Shown piece after piece: positions 1-7,379 of a DNA stretch of 32,000 nucleotides. The position numbers and the translations under genes were made by a program. The notes beneath the pieces are model-generated. The model ran no database searches, was not told the origin of the DNA, and saw nothing but the letters and a program-made list of their open reading frames with translations. This stretch comes from Candidatus Hadarchaeota archaeon (GTDB lineage Archaea > Hadarchaeota > Hadarchaeia > Hadarchaeales > Hadarchaeaceae): the NCBI GenBank assembly GCA_964514965.1, contig CAZETV010000001.1, positions 540,001 through 572,000 on the forward strand, in the 5' to 3' direction. Within the stretch, counting starts at the first letter, position 1; every line of letters starts with the position of its first letter.

Positions 1-109
1 GCTGTTGTCTGAAGCTTGCCGCTCAGGCAAAGGTAGTGAGCTAAGACATTTGTCCGGTTAGCTTCTAGAGGGATTAGAGTTAATAGTTTTACGATTTTAT
101 CAATTACTG

Positions 110-2614
110 GTGAGTAAAATTTCAGAAACTGAGCAACATCGTAGACTAAAGGAGCTTTTAGCTGAAAAACTGAAAGAATGGTTCGGCGTTTGTGTACCAG
201 AGTACCCTTCAGCTGGCCATGAACTGGACATATTTGGCGTCACGCCAGAAGGCGTCTCTATCTATATTGAGATAATATGGTCTCCATCAAGAACTCATTT
301 TTTGAATGACATAAATATGCTTCAACAATCTGATGCAGACGTAAAAGTGGCGATTGCGAGTCCTGAAATAATCTCAAAAGAGGAGTTTCGCAGGGAATTT
401 TCGAAAGTTGCTATTGCGCAGCGTCGCGAAGGGCAAGTATTCCATGGAGAGATGTTGAACGGTGAGAAAATTCTTCAAAACAAGGGTTTTATGGACAGTG
501 ATCTGAAGGGACTCTTTACACAGCTGGTAGCACAAGTAGCACCGTTAAAGAAAAGACCTCCTAGACCAAAGTTAAAGTTCCCCCAACCTCAAATCTCCGA
601 TACTTTGCCTGATGAGATAAGTGACAGACTTCTATCAAACCTGTTTCCGGTAGCCAGTATGCCTAAGTTTCCAGATGTGGAACAACGGCGCTTAATGGAG
701 TTTTTGAACAACGCCCTTTATACGTACCTGAAATCAAACCCGAGTTTGCAACAGCATCCCATATTTAGAAGCACCTATTTTTACAAGCCGGATAATAGCA
801 AGCCGAGGGTGGTCGATGGGCGAATCGTAGCATCGCCAGAATATCTGCCTTCCGGGGAGCTACACTATTGGGTGCACGACTCTGTAACTTTGAGGTTTGT
901 CGCGTTAGAAGAGATGATTTTTCTACTTGTGGAGCCATGTTACGTTTTCACCGAGGATGAGGAGAAGTTACTTCCCAAAGAAAAAGCCGGGCCACTTACA
1001 ACCAAAAAAATTGCCCATGAGTTCAACAGGCAATATTTGCAGCACATAAGATTTTGGATTTCTACTCTCGCAACTGACAAAGATAAAATTACAATACCAA
1101 CTAGTCTGGGCTCGATAGTTATTTCTGTAAGCGAAGCTGGGGTAAGTGTAAACTTTGGGGGGGGGAGTCAGGTGAATTCTCAACATGATTTCCAAAGCTG
1201 GCATGTAAATGAGCCGGAATTGTTTTTCGGAGGCGGTAATAGACATGTCGACCAGAAAATCGGACTCACACTTTACGGGCCAGCCCAGCTTCCTGATAAG
1301 GCCGATCTCATAAAGTCGATTAATGTGGGGATCGTGGGTACAGGTGAAACAGTTGGTCTCGCCGAAATGTGGATGGAAAAACTAAAGCGTGAGATACCAA
1401 GCAAAAAAGAGTCTGTACATTCTCCTTCATTCATGGGATTTGAAAAGACGTTCAATTGCGTACTTAATGTCGCAGATCAATGGAAAGAGATCATCCCTGA
1501 AAAAGAGATACAGCAACTTGCAGATCTAGAAAAATATAAAGATTGCGTAAATAAAGCTGTCGATTTGTTTGTAGAAAGGCTCCAAAGCTTGGTAGAACGA
1601 GAGCCGCGACCGCAAATCGTTATCTGTGCCATACCTCAAGCTCTTATACGTATAATCGGCAGTCGAAAAACATCTGTAGCAGTTCCAGAAGAAAATGATG
1701 TTGCGGATCCTCTACCCGAAGCGATAGATTTCCGGAGAGCATTGAAAGCTAAGGCGATGGGATTTGGGATACCAACTCAGCTGGCTAAAGAGAGTACATT
1801 TACAGGAAAGACGACCACAGAGGAAAGGCCATTACAAGATGAAGCTATGAGAGCTTGGAACTTCTCTGTTGCTCTGTACTATAAGGCTGGAGGGCTTCCG
1901 TGGAGATTGGCAGAGGCTTCTCCAAGGACTTGCTATATCGGCGTATCTTTCTACAGGGAATATTTTCTAAGCGCAGCCAGAACAAGAACCAGTTTAGTTC
2001 AGATTTTTACATATACAGGAGAAGGTCTTGTGTTAAGGGGCGACAGGTTCGAATGGGATAAAAAGATGGGCAAAAGCCCGCACCTTTCGAAACAAAATGC
2101 GTTTAAGTTGCTGAGAGACGCTATGGACGTTTATCAGCGCCACATGGGACAAACACCTGCGAGAGTAGTTATACATAAAAGCTCCCGTTATTGGAGCGAC
2201 GAACTCGCTGGGTTTAGGGAAGCTTGTCAGGGAATCGGCAAAGTCGATTTTGTTTCAGTTGGCAGGCGCGGAATTCGATTTTTGAGGCAAGGCTTGTACC
2301 CTCCTTTGCGTGGTACTGTGATACAGCTGTCCAAGCATAACTATCTGGTCTACACCCGCGGCTATGTGCCCTTATACAGAACTTATCCCGGTCTTCATGT
2401 TCCCCATCCTCTGGAAATACTGGAGCACCACGGTGACTCGGATATTCGAACTGTTTGCAAAGAGATACTTGGATTAACTAAAATGAACTGGAACAATGCT
2501 GACTATAGCATCCGCGAGCCAGTAACTTTACGCTTCTCGCGAGAAATTGGGGCGATTCTCGCTAATGTTCCAGAAGCTGTAAAGCCCAGACCACAATACT
2601 TGTTCTATATGTGA
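110..2614 (+). CDS. Argonaute-family protein, single polypeptide: N-terminal PD-(D/E)XK-like domain, APAZ-like region, MID-PIWI domain (predicted catalytically inactive PIWI)
   Basis: 834 aa, GTG start. N-term ELDIFG...IYIEIIWSPSRTHFLNDINMLQQSDADVKV resembles a restriction-endonuclease-fold core. Middle YWVHDSVTLRFV..EEMIFLLVEPCYVFTEDEE resembles APAZ. EPELFFGGGNRHVDQKIGLTLYGP, CYIGVSFYREYF, RVVIHKSSRYW and LTKMNWNNADYSIREPVTLRFSREIGAIL are hallmarks of short/truncated pAgo MID-PIWI. Confidence 0.85.
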   Translation: MSKISETEQHRRLKELLAEKLKEWFGVCVPEYPSAGHELDIFGVTPEGVSIYIEIIWSPSRTHFLNDINMLQQSDADVKVAIASPEIISKEEFRREFSKVAIAQRREGQVFHGEMLNGEKILQNKGFMDSDLKGLFTQLVAQVAPLKKRPPRPKLKFPQPQISDTLPDEISDRLLSNLFPVASMPKFPDVEQRRLMEFLNNALYTYLKSNPSLQQHPIFRSTYFYKPDNSKPRVVDGRIVASPEYLPSGELHYWVHDSVTLRFVALEEMIFLLVEPCYVFTEDEEKLLPKEKAGPLTTKKIAHEFNRQYLQHIRFWISTLATDKDKITIPTSLGSIVISVSEAGVSVNFGGGSQVNSQHDFQSWHVNEPELFFGGGNRHVDQKIGLTLYGPAQLPDKADLIKSINVGIVGTGETVGLAEMWMEKLKREIPSKKESVHSPSFMGFEKTFNCVLNVADQWKEIIPEKEIQQLADLEKYKDCVNKAVDLFVERLQSLVEREPRPQIVICAIPQALIRIIGSRKTSVAVPEENDVADPLPEAIDFRRALKAKAMGFGIPTQLAKESTFTGKTTTEERPLQDEAMRAWNFSVALYYKAGGLPWRLAEASPRTCYIGVSFYREYFLSAARTRTSLVQIFTYTGEGLVLRGDRFEWDKKMGKSPHLSKQNAFKLLRDAMDVYQRHMGQTPARVVIHKSSRYWSDELAGFREACQGIGKVDFVSVGRRGIRFLRQGLYPPLRGTVIQLSKHNYLVYTRGYVPLYRTYPGLHVPHPLEILEHHGDSDIRTVCKEILGLTKMNWNNADYSIREPVTLRFSREIGAILANVPEAVKPRPQYLFYM

Positions 2615-2819
2615 ATTTATCGGATAGGTTTACAGATCTGGTACAATAACTTAACTTTGGCAAATCTAGGCTTTTAAACCTCCGATGATGGCTTTTGGCC
2701 ATGACAAAGAACTCTACAAGTTTGAGAGGATGCTTGAGGAAAGCCGATGACAAGCGAACTTAAGTAAACCCAAAAGGGAGCGGGCCGGACGGGACTCGTA
2801 CAGGTTTTGGGTTCGGGTC

Positions 2820-3028
2820 CAGCGCAAAATTGCGATTTAAATCCAACAGCGTGGCAGAAAGTTCGCAGGAGCAGGACTCACCCGAGCCGCTAGATTAGCA
2901 CTCGGATTAGTCCGGATTCGTCGGTGTCTATACCCAATAAGGTGCAAGTACCGGCCATCCGTGGGGCAAAGCGGGCCTGGTGGTGTCCGCACCCAAAAGG
3001 GTTCGCGTTCAGCGCAAAAATGCGATTT
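2820..3028 (+). repeat. Imperfect direct repeat cagcgcaaaa[t/a]tgcgattt (2820-2838 and 3010-3028)
   Basis: 18 of 19 identical; each copy has short palindromic arms (CGCAA/TTGCG and CGCA/TGCG). Confidence 0.8.
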
Positions 3029-3099
3029 TTTCTGACAAATCCCCAATTAATTTGGCTTTATAACCCCCCTCTTTCCAGACGTTTATTCAAGAGGGAAAA

Positions 3100-4332
3100 A
3101 TGAAGAGCGAAAAAGGAGAAAACAGGCTCGGTTTAAGGAGGGGGATAAAGCGCCGTGGATTCCTTATCGCCGCGTTGGTCTCTTCAATCACCCTCATCCT
3201 TTTGTGCTGGTCCCCCGCCCACTCGATTAAAATAGGATTCTTGCTGTCCCCATCGATCCTAGCTGTCCTATCAGTTGCGGTTTTATTGAGCTCTCGAAGA
3301 CGCCCGCCACGGCGCTTGCCACTACGCCATTTAGGAAAGCTTACGTTGCTCCCCTGTATAGTACTTGTTCTGGTATTCGTTGTTTTTCCGCGGTTTCTCA
3401 CTCCTTATTCGGTTTTTCTCGGCGTTGCGGTGCCTCTCTCCATCATTTCGTTCCTGGCCACCCTCGCGGTTCTGGGGCGGGCAGACAAATCCCTTGCAAC
3501 ACTTGGGATTCTGTTGCTTGTTTTGATCCCCATGGTCTCCCCGTGGCTCGTCCCCCTCTCGCACGCAAATATTTTCGGGGGGAGGGAAATCGAGGGGATC
3601 GCCTCCGGGATTGCCGCTGGCGAGCCAAATGCAGAACTAGTGGCAAGGAGCATAAACAGCTGGGTTTACAACAACATGAGGGATGCCAACAAATATGGAT
3701 TCGGAGAACAATTTTTTGATTTCCGTACAATCTCCGAGCCCCCGTACATATGGAGGAGGAGCAACGATCCGTCTGAGATTATTTTTTACAGGTACGGCGC
3801 CTGCGAGGAATACGCACGTCTATTTGTGGGGTTGGCCACGGAAGCGAAGCTCTCCAGTTGGCGCGTGCACAGTCCGGGGGAAGATCACGTTTGGGCCGAG
3901 GTCGAGATAGATAACTCGCCTGTGTTTTTCGACCCGAGCAACAACATATTCGGAAATACGGGGGGATACGAAGACATGCGGAGCGTGCAGGTATCCCAGG
4001 TTTACGCGGTTTATGAGAACGGGGAGAACCGCGACATCACAAGCAGGTACACGGACACGGGAAGACTGACTGTCTTTGTAACGAAGGATAATGAACCAGT
4101 CAACGGCGCGACAGTAATAGTGAAGAGCAAATTCCTGTGGCAGCGTGAACCTGACAAGTATGATTGCCCACGGAATGTCACTGAAAGTAGCACCGGCGAC
4201 AATGGCATCTGCATCTTCGATCTGGGGGGGAACGACTACCTGATCCGCGCGGAATCGGGCGGCCTCTGGGATGAGGAAAACGTCGCCGTGGTAGAAAACG
4301 ACAACGTCTTCGTGGAGCTGCAGCTGAGCTGA
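3100..4332 (+). CDS. Membrane protein with transglutaminase-like domain
   Basis: 410 aa. Several N-terminal hydrophobic segments, then a papain-like triad pattern YRYGACEEYARLFVGLA / GEDHVWAEVEI / PVFFDPSNN. Confidence 0.75.
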   Translation: MKSEKGENRLGLRRGIKRRGFLIAALVSSITLILLCWSPAHSIKIGFLLSPSILAVLSVAVLLSSRRRPPRRLPLRHLGKLTLLPCIVLVLVFVVFPRFLTPYSVFLGVAVPLSIISFLATLAVLGRADKSLATLGILLLVLIPMVSPWLVPLSHANIFGGREIEGIASGIAAGEPNAELVARSINSWVYNNMRDANKYGFGEQFFDFRTISEPPYIWRRSNDPSEIIFYRYGACEEYARLFVGLATEAKLSSWRVHSPGEDHVWAEVEIDNSPVFFDPSNNIFGNTGGYEDMRSVQVSQVYAVYENGENRDITSRYTDTGRLTVFVTKDNEPVNGATVIVKSKFLWQREPDKYDCPRNVTESSTGDNGICIFDLGGNDYLIRAESGGLWDEENVAVVENDNVFVELQLS

Positions 4333-4345
4333 AATCGAGCGAAGG

Positions 4346-5089
4346 GTGGGACAAGAAATGCCGAAACGTCCAAAACCCGAATCGAAAACGGCTGGCCCCA
4401 AGCGGTGGGGGCGCGGGCTCCTTCCCCTTCTATGCGCCGTTCTATTGCTCGTGTCCGTTTTGCTGTCATACGTTCTTGCGGTGGGCATCAACTCCTTCTT
4501 CGAGGGGATTTTGGGGGAGAAAGCCCAAGCCGAGCTAGAGGCCCCGTTCGTGGAGGAGCTCCTGAAACCGCTTGGTCTGATCCTCCTGGCGGCCGTGCTC
4601 TGGTGGGCGAACCGCATCGGGAAGGTAAGGGTTGACTGGCTGAAATCCGCTAAAGTCTACTACACAATCGGGTACGTTAGCGGGTTGGTTTTCGGGCTGC
4701 TTGAGAATTTGCTCAGCTACGAGAAATTTTCTGGCTTGAGGGGGATAGCTCCGTTCTCCCACGCGTTCGGAGCTGGCATGGTAGGTGTGGGCATCTACTA
4801 CGTGCTGACGCGAGGGAAAGGGGGGCTGGGCATGTTTGCTTTCCTGTACTCTATTGCGGCCCTGCTCCACTTCGCTTGGAACAACATCTTGGCTGCGCGG
4901 GCCGTGCTGGGGGCGTTCGAGACGATAATCGGTCTCGCGGCGTTCCTTGTTTTCTTCCAACTCGAACTCCGGGGAAGGTTTGGTTTTCCGCCAAAAGGGA
5001 GTGGCTCTCCCACGGGATGTAGCGGGCATAAGGCGGAATTTACACCATTCTCGTCCCAAAGTTTATACATGCTCGCAAAACAATATTAA
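4346..5089 (+). CDS. PrsW-like intramembrane protease family protein
   Basis: 247 aa, GTG start, multi-TM; FVEELLKPLGL, GLVFGLLENLLSY, PFSHAFGAG and LLHFAWNN match the conserved polar motifs of the PrsW family. Confidence 0.7.
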   Translation: MGQEMPKRPKPESKTAGPKRWGRGLLPLLCAVLLLVSVLLSYVLAVGINSFFEGILGEKAQAELEAPFVEELLKPLGLILLAAVLWWANRIGKVRVDWLKSAKVYYTIGYVSGLVFGLLENLLSYEKFSGLRGIAPFSHAFGAGMVGVGIYYVLTRGKGGLGMFAFLYSIAALLHFAWNNILAARAVLGAFETIIGLAAFLVFFQLELRGRFGFPPKGSGSPTGCSGHKAEFTPFSSQSLYMLAKQY

Positions 5090-5596
5090 AAATAAGAAAT
5101 TTTGGTCAAAGAAGGAGAGTCCATCATGCCTCACCACACTAAAAAGGTAGAAGCAGTTGTATTTCCACTCAAAGATTTGTACATAGACCGATTCTTTAAT
5201 GATGGAAAAGATGTATTCATAAAGTTTCCAACTCACGAGATTCTCCCAGAGACTACAAAATTTTTAAAACGTCTAATTTTTTACGCTTCTCGTGCAGATA
5301 AAACATTAAGGGGTGAAGCTACTTTAAAAAAAGTAAATCTCATTTCTTTAGAAGACGCACGAAAGAGATACGGTGGTAGGATTTTTCTCAATACGACTGA
5401 AATTTCGCAATATGCCAGAGGCAGAACTAAAAAGATACTTGTGTTTGAACTTGGTAGATTGAAGAAGTACCAGAAGCCGATCCCGTGGAAGAAACCGATG
5501 ACCATGGTTGGATGCTATCTAACTGACGAAGAGTATCGCAAAGCGATCAATATGAACATGGAGACATAGCGAGCTCAAGGGGCGGAATTTACACCA
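5032..5596 (+). repeat. Direct repeat pair ggcggaatttacacca (5032-5047 and 5581-5596) bracketing the PUA-like gene
   Basis: 16-nt exact match with extended partial similarity upstream (tagcgggcataa versus tagcgagctcaagg). Confidence 0.85.
5102..5569 (+). CDS. PUA/ASCH-like domain protein (possibly DUF365-like)
   Basis: 155 aa; DVFIKFPTHE..PETTKFLKRLIFYASRADKTLRGEATLKKVNLI has a PUA-like order. The true start may be the internal MPHHTKK methionine. Confidence 0.45.
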   Translation: MVKEGESIMPHHTKKVEAVVFPLKDLYIDRFFNDGKDVFIKFPTHEILPETTKFLKRLIFYASRADKTLRGEATLKKVNLISLEDARKRYGGRIFLNTTEISQYARGRTKKILVFELGRLKKYQKPIPWKKPMTMVGCYLTDEEYRKAINMNMET

Positions 5597-5735
5597 ATAG
5601 GAAATTGTATTCAGGGTCTTGTCTTGCGCATAAATTTTGAAAATTATTCGCCCCCCCATAACTTCTCCCATTCATCTGGCGCACATATTATCCTAAGATC
5701 GGGGGCGGGTTCAGAGCCGCCGATTCTTAGTAGCT

Positions 5736-7379
5736 TTATCTTCGATTGATACGACGGTCGCGTAGCTTGGACCAGATACCCCTGAGGGTGTTAACCTGCT
5801 GAGCTGTCAAACCTAACTGATTCATGAGGAGCATTTGGTCGGTCAAATCCAGAACACTCCCTATACCCTCCTTGCTCAGCACCTGATTCAAATAGTCGAT
5901 GTCAAGATTATCAGCTCCTTGAAGGGGGATGGGCAAGCTGGCAATTTCGCTGGGGTACATCTCGAGGACGCCACCTCCGTAGCTACGCCCCATGACCTCG
6001 GAGAAAGCGAAAGTCAACGAGTTGAGGAGCGCGGCGGCTACAGTATTGATATTTGTTTCCCCAACCATCTTGACTCGATGAATGGTGTCAGTGGAGGTGG
6101 CGTCGGTCCGGTTCACAATTATTCTCGGATGCTGATGAATCTGTCGGAGCATGAAACCGTGAGGAATCCACGTAGACGGGACGGTGTACCAGGGGTCTCG
6201 TATTCGGCACTTGTACCCTTCGTGGATACCTTGGTCTTCACCTGACGTTATGTAGGACCTTAGTGATTTATGAAGCTTGTTTTTTGGCTCCGGAGGAATT
6301 TTGAGCAAGAGCACGGGGCGGTTCTTTCGCAGGTCGCTTTCCCAATCATCTTTGCTGAAAACGATGCCGCTGAAGTGGGCTGATCGCGTGACAATGGGCA
6401 CCGTGTAATCTGTAATACCCAACTCTCTCGCCTGGCTCTTTGTCAGAATGAAGAAGCTGTTCTGGCCAGTCACAACCCCTACGTCTATATCAAGGACATC
6501 TTCTCCCCTAGAGATTTCTCTATTCTCTCGCAGTTTTCTCAGAAGGAGAATCTCATCCTTGTCAAGGAAGTATTGCGTCCACTTCTCCCGAGTGTGATCC
6601 ATCGGCTTAACTTCCCGTCTCAGAATCTCATCATGGTCATAGGTTTTGAGGTCCCCCATGTTCCTGAGTTCTACGACGCGAATCCCCGTGGTGTTCGCTC
6701 CGCCACTCTCAGCCAGAAAGAGTACAACTTCCTGTTGGATTCCGCCGAAGACGAGTCGCTCGAAGGTGACGAGGACGATGTTCTTGTAATATGTACTCAG
6801 GAATTCCCTAAGCTCAGCTGCGTAGCTGACCTGAAGAAGCTCGGCGGGAATGACCATGCCCAGGCGTCCGTGCTCTTTCAGCAAGAGCGTTGACCCGACG
6901 AGAAATGGCATCCAAGTATTTGTCAATCTGCTAGGATGGAGACCTGTGCTACGCATCAGCTCCATCGCAATCTCTCGTTGCTTCTTCGGAAAATTCTGAT
7001 AGCGGATAAAGGGGGGGTTACCAACTACAGCGTCAAAAAGGTCACGTTTCATCAGACGGGCACGGCAATACTCAAAGAAATCCCCCGTTCGAACAATCTC
7101 CCTAGCGCCCTGAATCCCTAACATTCGTAGGCGTTTCCTAGCCTTCTCGGCTTCCTTGGGGTTGAGCTCAACCGCCCTAATCTGACTGCTGAGGGAATCC
7201 TTCGCCTCTAGACTTGCAAGTCTTTCGGTGACAAATCTCAAGAACACGCCGTCGCCGCAGCCCGGCTCGAGGACTTTTGCGTTGGCGGACTGAACCGTCC
7301 AGTTCGTGATGAACTTCGCAAGAGGGTCTGGTGTGTAGTAACCCCCACGCAGTTTCTGAGGTGACGGCTCGGTTTTCAT
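5736..7379 (-). CDS. DNA N6-adenine methyltransferase (Eco57I/TaqI-like class)
   Basis: 547 aa; SAM motif VLEPGCGDGVFLRF, catalytic motif VVGNPPFIRYQ, C-terminal TRD-like part. Start overlaps the upstream ORF stop by 4 nt (ATGA at 7376-7379). Confidence 0.88.
   Translation of the reverse strand: MKTEPSPQKLRGGYYTPDPLAKFITNWTVQSANAKVLEPGCGDGVFLRFVTERLASLEAKDSLSSQIRAVELNPKEAEKARKRLRMLGIQGAREIVRTGDFFEYCRARLMKRDLFDAVVGNPPFIRYQNFPKKQREIAMELMRSTGLHPSRLTNTWMPFLVGSTLLLKEHGRLGMVIPAELLQVSYAAELREFLSTYYKNIVLVTFERLVFGGIQQEVVLFLAESGGANTTGIRVVELRNMGDLKTYDHDEILRREVKPMDHTREKWTQYFLDKDEILLLRKLRENREISRGEDVLDIDVGVVTGQNSFFILTKSQARELGITDYTVPIVTRSAHFSGIVFSKDDWESDLRKNRPVLLLKIPPEPKNKLHKSLRSYITSGEDQGIHEGYKCRIRDPWYTVPSTWIPHGFMLRQIHQHPRIIVNRTDATSTDTIHRVKMVGETNINTVAAALLNSLTFAFSEVMGRSYGGGVLEMYPSEIASLPIPLQGADNLDIDYLNQVLSKEGIGSVLDLTDQMLLMNQLGLTAQQVNTLRGIWSKLRDRRINRR

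Noticed and set aside
2562-3046. Small minus-strand ORFs 2562-2753 and 2837-3046 as partners of the Argonaute
   Set aside because: Their composition looks random, no motif is recognisable, and the second spans the repeat elements. No support for coding.
5835-6245. Plus-strand ORFs inside the methyltransferase and RM genes (for example 5835-6245, 6573-6893, 9558-9854)
   Set aside because: They are antisense to strongly supported minus-strand coding sequence with clear family motifs, and have no recognisable content of their own. They are shadow ORFs.
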